A stretch of 64,000 nucleotides of DNA from Polyangiales bacterium (GTDB lineage: Bacteria > Myxococcota_A > Polyangia > Polyangiales > Houyiibacteriaceae): positions 1,321,693 to 1,385,692 of the forward strand of contig OZ245758.1 of assembly GCA_965227405.1 (NCBI GenBank). The letters are read 5' to 3'. A program made the position numbers and the translations under genes. Each line of letters opens with the position of its first letter. Position 1 is the stretch's first letter. Below are positions 27,798 through 36,541 of this stretch, in pieces. Below the pieces are notes generated by a model. The model searched no databases and was not told where the DNA came from. It saw only the letters and a list, made by a program, of their open reading frames with translations.

Positions 27798-29917
27798 ACC
27801 GGGATCACGGACTTGCCATCGCCGGTGTGTTCGCCGTCGCGGTGTGGTTGTTCTGGCCCATGGTTGTCGGTGTTCTCACGGGCGAACCACGCTGGTTCGA
27901 GTGGGACGTTCCCGAGCAGTACTGGCCCGACTTGGTCTACCTCTGCGACGCGCTTCACGAAGGCACGTTGCCCCTGTGGAACCCGTACGATCGCGCTGGC
28001 TATCCCTACTACGCGGATCCGCAAGCGGGCATGTACCACCCGCTCAACTGGGCCATCTGTGGTGTTGCCGGATCCAGCCCCGGACCTGCGTGGGCGGATG
28101 CACGCGTGGTGATCGGTTTTGTGCTCGCGGGCCTGTTTGGGTTGGGATGGCTTCGCGAAACCGGTGCGCGTTGGAGTGCATCGCTCGTGGGCGCAACACT
28201 CCTGATGGCCGCACCCTTCATGCGGCACAACTGGGAGCTCAACCTCACGGCTGGGTTTGCCTGGTGCGGTGCGATGTTGTGGGCTGCAGAGCGAGTCCTC
28301 AAACATCGAACATGGCGCGACGGGCTGTGGTTCGGTCTCGCGATCGCGGGTTGTGCGTGGGTCGGATCACCTCCCGCGCTTTGGCAAGCCAGTACGTTCA
28401 CGCTGCTCTACCTCGCAGCACGTTCCACGCAGTTGCCTGTCACGCGTCAGACGTTTGGTGCGCTCTCCATTGCTGCGGTGGCCGCACTTGGACTTTGCGG
28501 TGCTGTCCTCGCGCCTGGACTCACGCTGAGCGAACACTCGGTCCAAGCGGGACGAAGCCTCGCTTCGATCGCTGACGGCGCACTGCCTGCAGAGTACATC
28601 TCGGCAATCGCTGCACCGCGTTCAGGCAACCACTTGCACGTCGGTTGGATCGCGATGGCGCTTGGTGGGGTCGCACTGTTCCGACGCCCGCGGGGTTCGG
28701 TTGGGATGTGGCTCATCGCCGTTCTCGCGGTCGCGATGAGCTTCGGCGGTACGGTGTTCGAGTGGGCGTTCCACTGGGTTCCTGGAGTCTCGTTGTTTCG
28801 ACTCCCACATCGCTACGAAGCGTGGCTTGGACCCGCGTTCGCGTTCCTTGCTGCCCAGGGCGTCGATGTGTTGGTCGACGAGTTACGCGCACGTCAGATG
28901 CGTCCACCGATGTGGCTTGGCGCGACGATCGGCATCGCTGCAAGTGCGAGCTTCGCGCTCCTGGATGCGCAAGGGCTCACAGCGCTGCTCTTGGGTAGCG
29001 GTGCTGCCGTAGCTTTGTACCGCTTCAAGACACCTTGGCTGGGACTTGCACTCGGAGCCTTCGTCATGTTGGAAGTGACGATCGCAATGCCGTCGGAACG
29101 ACATCTGCGAACCGGCACACGCCCTGGCACAGACACCTCTGTACTGATCGACGACACGCGGCGCGAGTGGCGCTACATGGACGAGTTTGGGGTGAGTTGT
29201 CGCTCCGGAACCCGCACGCGACATCGTGAACTTCGCGGGTACCAAGATCCGCTCACCCTTCGTCGCTTCTCACGGTTCATCGAGTCACTGCGAGAGCACC
29301 CGCAGTTGGCGATGCAGCTCAACACACGTTGGGCGTTGCAGGGGCCCCACTTCATCCACGGTTGGGATCGACACTTTCTTCCACCCCCCGACGAACTGCA
29401 GCGACTTCCCGATACCGAGCGTCGGGACGCGGTGATCGAAATGCGCCAGGCAATGCCCTTTGCGTATTGGGTCCCGTGGGACGCGACCGAACAGGTCGAG
29501 GACGAAGACCTCGCGATGCAACATCTCAAGCGAGATGCGCCTGCTCGAGTTGCACTCTTGGAAGAAGTCGAAGGCGTCATGGGTGTCTTCGAGGGCCCGC
29601 GCAGCACTCATTTTGAAGAGGTTGACGCGTACGACGTGCAAGTAGACCGCGATGCGGTCCGCTTTCGGGTAGACGCACCGCAAGACGGCGTCGTCGTGAT
29701 CAATGAAGCCTGGTACCCCGGCTGGAAAGCTTGGGTCGACGACGAATCGACACCGGTGTTTCGCGCAAACCTACTCGTTCGTGCGATTCCGATCGAAAGT
29801 GGTGCGCACCGTATCGAGATGCGCTTTGAACCCGCGGATGCGAGCTGGCGAATCGCATGGTGGATGACCCTACTGGTAGTGCTGGCAACGCTTTTGGTTC
29901 GACGCCGGAAGACCTAG
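27785..29917 (+). CDS. YfhO-family membrane protein (GT-C-like glycosyl transferase candidate)
   Basis: Polytopic N-terminus plus a C-terminal periplasmic domain ending INEAWYPGWKAWVDDESTPVFRANLLVRAIPIESGAHRIEMRF and a final TM, the YfhO signature. GTG start overlaps the upstream stop. Confidence 0.75.
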   Translation: MVALNRDHGLAIAGVFAVAVWLFWPMVVGVLTGEPRWFEWDVPEQYWPDLVYLCDALHEGTLPLWNPYDRAGYPYYADPQAGMYHPLNWAICGVAGSSPGPAWADARVVIGFVLAGLFGLGWLRETGARWSASLVGATLLMAAPFMRHNWELNLTAGFAWCGAMLWAAERVLKHRTWRDGLWFGLAIAGCAWVGSPPALWQASTFTLLYLAARSTQLPVTRQTFGALSIAAVAALGLCGAVLAPGLTLSEHSVQAGRSLASIADGALPAEYISAIAAPRSGNHLHVGWIAMALGGVALFRRPRGSVGMWLIAVLAVAMSFGGTVFEWAFHWVPGVSLFRLPHRYEAWLGPAFAFLAAQGVDVLVDELRARQMRPPMWLGATIGIAASASFALLDAQGLTALLLGSGAAVALYRFKTPWLGLALGAFVMLEVTIAMPSERHLRTGTRPGTDTSVLIDDTRREWRYMDEFGVSCRSGTRTRHRELRGYQDPLTLRRFSRFIESLREHPQLAMQLNTRWALQGPHFIHGWDRHFLPPPDELQRLPDTERRDAVIEMRQAMPFAYWVPWDATEQVEDEDLAMQHLKRDAPARVALLEEVEGVMGVFEGPRSTHFEEVDAYDVQVDRDAVRFRVDAPQDGVVVINEAWYPGWKAWVDDESTPVFRANLLVRAIPIESGAHRIEMRFEPADASWRIAWWMTLLVVLATLLVRRRKT

Positions 29918-29953
29918 CTATCGCTTCCCGGCGAACCTGCTAGGTTCCGCGCG

Positions 29954-31771
29954 GTGAAGCCCTCGCCTCCGCCGAAGGGATACGCGGCGCAGATTCGTCT
30001 GCTCGTCGGAAACGTGCGGCGAGCCATCGGCATCGCGTGGCAGACCGAACGCAAGCTCACCAGCGCATACGTCTTCGCGAACATCCTCAACGCGTTACTT
30101 CCGGTCGCGATTGCCTACGTCGGTAAACGCATCGTCGACGCGGTCGTGACGGCGATGAACACCAGCGAAGATCCGACGGAGGCGTTGACCTGGGTCGCCG
30201 TCGAACTCGGTTTGATTCTGGTCAACCACATCTCGGGTCAGGCGATCGGCTACTACGGCCAACTGCTTCGGGCGCGACTCGCGATGCACGTCGACCAACT
30301 GATCTTCGAAAAGGCGCTGCGTTTGAGCGTGATGCACTTCGAAGACGCGGACTTCATGGACATGCTCGAACGAGCGCGCAAGGAGTCCGGCTGGCGACCG
30401 GTCGAGATGATCACCCACGGGCTGCGTCTGGGTCGCAACGTCCTGACACTCGTGGGCTACGCAGTCCTACTTGCCCAGTTCAGCGGCTGGGCTGTGGTCG
30501 CACTTGCTCTGGCGGGTCTGCCCTTTCTCGCCGAAACCAAGTACGCGTCGGAACAATACGCGATTCATCTTCGACGCACGTCACGCGAGCGACAGGCGTA
30601 CTACATGCAGCAACTGCTCACGAGCGACTACTACGTCAAAGAGGTCAAACTCTTCTCGCTCGGTCCCGAACTGCTTCGTCGACACCGCGACCTGCACGAA
30701 GGTTTTTATGACGAAGATCGCGCGTTCGCGTTTCGTCGCGGTGGTGCGGTCACACTCCTTGGTGTGTTGAGCACGGGTGTGTTCTACGGAATCTACGTGC
30801 TCGTGGTCGGCGCCACGATCATTAAAGAGATCACGCTCGGTGATATGACGCTTTACCTGACGGTGTTCCGCCAAGGTCAAAGCGCGTTTCAAGGCGCGAT
30901 GAGCAGCATTGCCCGCGCGTGGGAAGACAACCTCTACATGAACAACCTCTTTGAGTACCTCGCGCTCGAAGACGACGACATTGTCGAGACTGTGCTCGAC
31001 GACGAGTTCGACGAAGGTTCAGCACCCGCCATCAACTTTGAGAACGTGTCGTTCCAGTATCCGGGTTCTGCACGTCCGGCCTTGGACAACATCAACCTGC
31101 AGATTCAGCCCGGCGAGACTGTCGCGCTCGTGGGACCGAATGGAGCGGGAAAGACCACGCTCGTAAAGCTCCTGGTCGGTCTGTACGGGCTCAACGAAGG
31201 CAACATCCTGATCGACCAAGACAACGTGGCGGACATGGACCGCGGGGAGCTCCGCCGCCGCATCGGTGTGCTCTTTCAAGACTTTGTCCACTACCACTTC
31301 TCGGCGGCTGAGAACGTCGGCTTGGGTTGGCTTCCCAAACTCGACGATCGTGATGCGATTGTGAGGGCTGCATCCGATGCAGGTGCAGACGGCATCATCG
31401 AGTCGCTTCCCGAGTCGTACGACACCATGCTCGGTCGCTGGTTTGGCGGCGAACAGCTCTCGATTGGTCAGTGGCAACGGATGGCTCTCGCCCGAGCGTT
31501 CATGCGTCGCTCGAAAGTGTTGATTTTGGATGAGCCGACCGCGTCGATCGATGCAGAGGGCGAACACGAGATCTTCCAACGTTTTGGAGAGCTCAAAGAA
31601 GACGCCACGTGCATCTTGATCACGCATCGGTTCTCTACCGTTCGCATGGCGGATCGCATCGTCGTCTTGGAGGGAGGCACCATCGTCGAAGAAGGAACAC
31701 ACGACGAGTTGCTCGCTGCCGATGGTTTGTACGCGAAGATGTTCAATCTTCAGGCCGACGGATACCGCTAA
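29954..31771 (+). CDS. ABC transporter permease/ATP-binding protein (exporter, MsbA-like)
   Basis: Six-TM domain followed by Walker A GPNGAGKTT, signature LSIGQWQRMALARA, Walker B VLILDEPTASID and H-loop ITHR. Confidence 0.9.
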   Translation: MKPSPPPKGYAAQIRLLVGNVRRAIGIAWQTERKLTSAYVFANILNALLPVAIAYVGKRIVDAVVTAMNTSEDPTEALTWVAVELGLILVNHISGQAIGYYGQLLRARLAMHVDQLIFEKALRLSVMHFEDADFMDMLERARKESGWRPVEMITHGLRLGRNVLTLVGYAVLLAQFSGWAVVALALAGLPFLAETKYASEQYAIHLRRTSRERQAYYMQQLLTSDYYVKEVKLFSLGPELLRRHRDLHEGFYDEDRAFAFRRGGAVTLLGVLSTGVFYGIYVLVVGATIIKEITLGDMTLYLTVFRQGQSAFQGAMSSIARAWEDNLYMNNLFEYLALEDDDIVETVLDDEFDEGSAPAINFENVSFQYPGSARPALDNINLQIQPGETVALVGPNGAGKTTLVKLLVGLYGLNEGNILIDQDNVADMDRGELRRRIGVLFQDFVHYHFSAAENVGLGWLPKLDDRDAIVRAASDAGADGIIESLPESYDTMLGRWFGGEQLSIGQWQRMALARAFMRRSKVLILDEPTASIDAEGEHEIFQRFGELKEDATCILITHRFSTVRMADRIVVLEGGTIVEEGTHDELLAADGLYAKMFNLQADGYR

Positions 31772-31861
31772 GTCCCGCGTAGACCACAGAAAACGCGGAG
31801 TGGGTCGAATCCCCACAAATCCGTCTTGAAGCAATCGCCGTAGGGTGGCGTCCTATCGCGC

Positions 31862-33403
31862 ATGCAACGCATCTTGATCATCGCAGCGCTTGCCGCACCC
31901 ACATTCACCGGGTGTTCAGGCGCCGAAGAAGCCGCTGAAGCTGTCGAGGAGGCAGCAGGAGAACTCCAAGCCGCGGTGGAGACCACCCCAACGTCGGTCA
32001 TGGGAAAGATCGGTGGCACGGTCGTGCGCAGTGACCAGTTCTTTGTGGAAGTGCTTCCGCATCGAGACGGATTGGTGCAAGCGCTGGTGCTCAATGCCGA
32101 AGGTGAAGTGGTTCCGGACGCGGGTGCGCTCCAGGTCACGGTTGCCGCTGCGGATGGGTCACCGAAGAACGTCACGTTGGAATGGGATCCGATCGAGCGT
32201 CGCTACATCGGTGAAGTCGACGATGACTTGGCTGCAAGTGGAGCGGTGAGCGTTAGCGTGACCGCGGACGGGGCAACGCACACGGGAAGCGTGGCCAAGT
32301 TGGTCACTGCCCCGGAGAGCGCGGCACACGGCGGAACGGTTGTCGTCGCAGGTGAGTACTCGGCCGAGGTGTTGGGCAAGCCGGACGGAAGCGTCGTCGC
32401 GTACGTGAATGGTCCGGAGGGTCCGGTGCAAGCGGACGCGGACTTGAACCTGAAGGTGTCGCTCGATGCCGATGATGGCGAGTCACACGAAGTCCTCTTG
32501 GCGTGGAACCCCGAAGTTCAAGCCTACGTGTCACCGCCCCAACCGGATGTGACGTGGGTGGTCGGATCGATGGAGCTTGAGGTGGAGAAGGACGACACCA
32601 CCGCGGTTGCGCGTGTCGAGTCGGTGTTGCCGGCGCCTCCTGCCCCCACGCACGAAGGTGAAGTTGTTGTTGTGGGCGACATGAGCGTCGAGGTCGTCCC
32701 GGATGACGACGGCCTCAAGGCGTACGTAGTCGGTGCGGACGGCGCGATCACCGATCCGCAAGCGCACATCGTAGTCGTGGTGGACCAGCAGCCGGTCACA
32801 CTCACCTGGGATGCGGACGTGGGAGCATACAAGGCTCCGGTGGATGCGCGTTTGGATGTCGATGCCGCACCCGTGCACGTCGTGGTGACGCACCGCGGTC
32901 GTCGTCGTTGGGGAGGTTTCCGCACAGTCCACACGCCGGTGTTCCGACCCTGGCATCAGCGTCGTGTGACCGTGCGCGCCAACATGCCCGCGGCAGAAGC
33001 ACAGATCGTTGCAGCTCCTGCGGTTGGCCTCCGTTGGCGTGGTTCACGTGCACGGCTTCGTGCGCGTGGTGTTGCCGTGGGTCCGAGCGCGATGGTTCGC
33101 GTGACGCACCGCGGTCCCGGACCAGGCATGGTCTCGGTGCGTACGCCTGGTGCAACCGTCATGGTCAACGGCATGGGTGGCACGCGTGTTCGACTGCCTG
33201 GTGCAGGTGGCGTTCGGATCGGAGCGATGGGTGGCGTCCAAGTACGCACACCCGGCGGTGCAGTTCGTGTTCGCGCGCCGATGGGCGGGGTGCGCGTTCG
33301 ATCACCGATGGGGATGGCATCGGTCCGCGTGCGCGGCCCGGGAGGAAGCATCTCGGTCATGGCGCGCGCAGGCGGCATGGGCATGGGCATGCGCCGCCGC
33401 TAA
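31862..33403 (+). CDS. Repeat-containing lipoprotein with Arg/Gly/Val-rich periodic C-terminal tail
   Basis: Lipobox AAPTFTGCSG. Three repeats of about 70 aa (IGGTVVRSDQFFVEVLP..., HGGTVVVAGEYSAEVLGKPDGSVVAYV..., HEGEVVVVGDMSVEVVPDDDGLKAYV...). Tail of about 8 units of GGVRVRxPx. Confidence 0.65.
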   Translation: MQRILIIAALAAPTFTGCSGAEEAAEAVEEAAGELQAAVETTPTSVMGKIGGTVVRSDQFFVEVLPHRDGLVQALVLNAEGEVVPDAGALQVTVAAADGSPKNVTLEWDPIERRYIGEVDDDLAASGAVSVSVTADGATHTGSVAKLVTAPESAAHGGTVVVAGEYSAEVLGKPDGSVVAYVNGPEGPVQADADLNLKVSLDADDGESHEVLLAWNPEVQAYVSPPQPDVTWVVGSMELEVEKDDTTAVARVESVLPAPPAPTHEGEVVVVGDMSVEVVPDDDGLKAYVVGADGAITDPQAHIVVVVDQQPVTLTWDADVGAYKAPVDARLDVDAAPVHVVVTHRGRRRWGGFRTVHTPVFRPWHQRRVTVRANMPAAEAQIVAAPAVGLRWRGSRARLRARGVAVGPSAMVRVTHRGPGPGMVSVRTPGATVMVNGMGGTRVRLPGAGGVRIGAMGGVQVRTPGGAVRVRAPMGGVRVRSPMGMASVRVRGPGGSISVMARAGGMGMGMRRR

Positions 33404-33629
33404 CTCGACTCTGGGTTCGTTTCGGCGCAGTCTTCTTTCGAGAAGGCTGCGTCGACGCGTGTGCATCCGACGATGTGGTGGTTGCAGTGGACGCGGATTT
33501 ACCTGTGCGCGACCGGGGATTGGACGCTGCGAGGGCAAAGGGAAGGCAGCATGCACACAGGCAAACCCGCGTCATACAAGTACGGTTGCCCCGCACCCTC
33601 CAAACGGTTCATTTCTTCGTGCTGAGGTC

Positions 33630-34679
33630 CTATCGGGAGCGGACGACCACGCCGCCCGGCACCGATCCACCGGTGAGAAACGCGTCCATCGCCGCATCCG
33701 ACGCGAGGTAGCGGCGAAAGTACGCAGTCGCAATCGTGTTCATGCCCGCTCGCACCATCGCGTCATCAGCAGGCCCATCGGGACAGGCGCTGCACGTGAA
33801 TCCGCAGCCGGCAGTGTCCGACACGAAGTCCATGTGGTCGGCACCGGTGAAGTCCCACTCGATCGCTGCGCTGGCCGAACTGGACCCGTCGTAGAACGTC
33901 TGGAAGTTCTGGTCGGCGGGTGCGCAGGCCATACCGAAACCACCGCCGGTGGAGTTCGTGGTCTCGCCCATGTAGCCCACTGGAATCGTAAGCGTGGCGG
34001 TGAGTTCTGGGACGATGTCGGGCAAGGTCGCCGAGTAGCCCGTAAACGGATTGCCTCCGTTGACCGGATCGAGTCCCAAGAGCGCAGAGATTCGAGTGTC
34101 TGCGGCCGACACCATGGTCGCGACCTTGCCCCCCAAACTGTGGCCCATGATGCCGGTTGGAAGTGAACCAAAGCGAGCCGCCCAGTCGAGCACAGCGATT
34201 GCGTCGTCACGCATGTCGGTGTGACTGACTCCGATCAAGGTGGCGGGTGGATCGGCGCGCACGACCACAAACCCATGGCTTGCGACGTGCTCGCACAGGT
34301 CCGCGTAGCGTTCCGATCCCAGCTGAAAACCAGGCAGAAACACCACGATGCCTCGCGCGTCTTCCGGCACATAGGCAACCACGGGCACACTTCGTCCCGA
34401 CGCGGTGAGAGTGTCGGACTCGGTGGTGAACGTAGAGTCGCCACGCGTCGCTGGGGAGCCGGCCATCATAGTCCCAGTATCGATCGCGGGTACGTCGGGA
34501 GCGGGTGCATCAACACTTCCGCCATCGACCATCGCAGCGTCCTCACCTGCATCGCCGATCGACGAATCGAAAGATGTTGTATCTGTTGACGCGTCGCGCA
34601 CAGCGGCGTCCGGTGTTGCACCCGAGTCGTCACCACACGCAAGCGCGGCGATCACCACGCATCCAAGCACTCTATTCAT
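33630..34679 (-). CDS. Secreted lipoprotein alpha/beta-hydrolase (chlorophyllase/PAF-acetylhydrolase-like lipase)
   Basis: Lipobox VVIAALACGDD. Nucleophile elbow GIMGHSLGGKV. VVFLPGFQLGSERYADLCEHVASHGFVVV matches the chlorophyllase/dienelactone hydrolase N-terminus. Confidence 0.8.
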   Translation of the reverse strand: MNRVLGCVVIAALACGDDSGATPDAAVRDASTDTTSFDSSIGDAGEDAAMVDGGSVDAPAPDVPAIDTGTMMAGSPATRGDSTFTTESDTLTASGRSVPVVAYVPEDARGIVVFLPGFQLGSERYADLCEHVASHGFVVVRADPPATLIGVSHTDMRDDAIAVLDWAARFGSLPTGIMGHSLGGKVATMVSAADTRISALLGLDPVNGGNPFTGYSATLPDIVPELTATLTIPVGYMGETTNSTGGGFGMACAPADQNFQTFYDGSSSASAAIEWDFTGADHMDFVSDTAGCGFTCSACPDGPADDAMVRAGMNTIATAYFRRYLASDAAMDAFLTGGSVPGGVVVRSR

Positions 34680-35358
34680 CGATCATCTCCGGAGGCACGC
34701 TGTCGCGACGCTGTTTGTCCGCCAGTGCCCGCAACATCTTTCGACGCAACACCACCAAAAGTCGCTCGCTCAACTCGGATGCCGTCGCGACCATCGCAGG
34801 AAGTGCATCCGACTCGAGATTCGGCATCACGCCTTCTTGGAAGAGCTCCATCTCCAGTCGAGCCAACTCGCGAACCGCTTCCATGTACGGCGCGAGCATT
34901 GTGTAGGGCAGCATGTCCGCGCTCAGTCCCGCTCGCCGAGCTGCCCCAAGAATTCGAAGCAGAGCAAGGTCATCACCGCGATACCCCTCGACCCCGTCGA
35001 CTTCGGTCTGCGTCACCAAACCCAGCGACTCGAAGAAGCCCAGCTGCTCAGCCGGCACCCCAGCCTTCAAAAGCTCGGCTCGAGTCTTCACATCGCTGTC
35101 GGATCGACCCAGCGCCAGTTCGATCGCGTCCGGTAAGGCCAGTCCTCGATCGGCCCGCTCGAGCACATCTCGAATGACCGGGAGCGGCAGAAATCGGTCG
35201 CGTTGAAGCTCTCGGATCGTGTGGATCCGAGGCACCAACGAAGGGTCGTAGTAGGCCATGTTCCGACTGGTTCGCTCGGGTTTCGGAAGCAAACCGAGTC
35301 GGATGTAGTGCTTGATCGTTGGGCCTGGAACGCCAGAGAGGCGGACCAGCTCGCTCAT
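34672..35358 (-). CDS. MerR family transcriptional regulator
   Basis: N-terminal HTH MSELVRLSGVPGPTIKHYIRLGLL. Overlaps the downstream lipase gene by 8 bp, so they form an operon. Confidence 0.85.
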   Translation of the reverse strand: MSELVRLSGVPGPTIKHYIRLGLLPKPERTSRNMAYYDPSLVPRIHTIRELQRDRFLPLPVIRDVLERADRGLALPDAIELALGRSDSDVKTRAELLKAGVPAEQLGFFESLGLVTQTEVDGVEGYRGDDLALLRILGAARRAGLSADMLPYTMLAPYMEAVRELARLEMELFQEGVMPNLESDALPAMVATASELSERLLVVLRRKMLRALADKQRRDSVPPEMIDE

Positions 35359-35392
35359 TTTCACTAGTTTTTTCGCGGGTTTTGCCACAAGT

Positions 35393-35416
35393 TGAAAGTG
35401 CTACTTACAACTTTCA
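35393..35416. promoter_or_regulatory. 7-10-7 inverted repeat TGAAAGT-N10-ACTTTCA upstream of the MerR gene
   Basis: tgaaagt (35393-35399) and actttca (35410-35416), about 35 bp upstream of the MerR start. Confidence 0.3.
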
Positions 35417-35460
35417 CTACAGCAGACAAAGGAGCCTCCTCACACCGACGAGGGCTGGGC

Positions 35461-36514
35461 CTAACGAGCTTGGAGAACGAACCAAGCAGCGGTCGCAAGT
35501 GCCGCGAGGAGCAGCAATCCAACCATGGCGACAATGGGCTGTCCCCACGCTGTTTGCTTCAACGTTGTCGCTTCGGTGGGGTGCCCGTCACCTTCGAACA
35601 TCCCCGGAGGGGGCAGGAACACGCCCGAGCGCTCCACATCTTCGGCGGGATCGGCGTACGGCTCTAACGCTGCGGCAAAGGTGTCAACGTCCTTGGGGCG
35701 CTTTCCGCGCCGACTGCTCAACGAACGCATGATCGTATCGCGAACCGGATCGGGCAGGTTGTGCTGAAAGGGCCGTACCCGATCGCCAAGCTTGCCAATC
35801 TTGAGTGCTTGGAGGCTGGTGGGATCAAAGGGCGCTACACCTTCGAGCATCGTGTAGAGCACGCATGCGATCGCGTACACATCGCAGCGCCCGTCCAGGT
35901 CTTTCGCACCCTGCATCTGCTCGGGTGACATGTACAACGGAGTGCCCATCACCAAGCCAGTCTTGGTGATCGTCAGTGCCTTGGTCGGATCCACACGCTT
36001 GGAAATGCCGAAGTCCAACACCTTCACCTTGGGGTCGTTCCCGTCGGGATCGGTGCACAAGAAGATGTTGTCCGGTTTGAGGTCGCGGTGCAAAACGCCA
36101 CGGCGATGCGCGGCCGACACTCCGGCACATACGTCGAGGATCAACCGCAACGCGCGTCCCATCTCCATCGGCTTGCCTGCCATCGCTTTGGAGAGCGGGT
36201 TGCCTAAAAGACGCTCCATGACGAGATACACACCGCGCGGGTGATGTCCGAAGTCGAATACGTCGACCACGTTCTCGTGCTGGATGCGACCTGCGTTGCG
36301 CGCCTCGCGAAGCAAGCGTTGCGCGTACTCCTCATCGGAACTCGAAGCCGCAACGAACTTCACCGCAAGTTCGCGTTGGGTCATCACATGCTCGGCGGAA
36401 TGGACGATGCCCATCGCACCACGACCTAGAACACCGGTGATGCGATACTTTCCGTCGAGCACTTCGCCGACTTCGAGCACCTCCAGAGCATAAGCCCAAT
36501 CGGGGCTGACCACG
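35461..36514 (-). CDS. Ser/Thr protein kinase
   Basis: GRGAMGIVH, AVKFV, HRDLKPDNIFL, DFGISK, SPEQ. Start uncertain: the ATG at 36669 would overlap the divergent cyclase gene, so I propose GTG at 36514. Confidence 0.8.
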
Positions 36515-36541
36515 AACCCTGAGATCCGTACTCTCGGAAAG

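Noticed and set aside
33424-33449. Hairpin cgcagtcttc-tttc-gaaggctgcg just after the repeat-lipoprotein stop as a Rho-independent terminator
   Set aside because: The stem has one mismatch and is not followed by a U-tract. It is too weak to call as a terminator from sequence alone.
33150-34166. 338-aa plus-strand ORF spanning the intergenic region and the lipase gene
   Set aside because: Arg/Cys/Trp-rich garbage translation. It is antisense to a lipoprotein hydrolase with a GHSLGG elbow.
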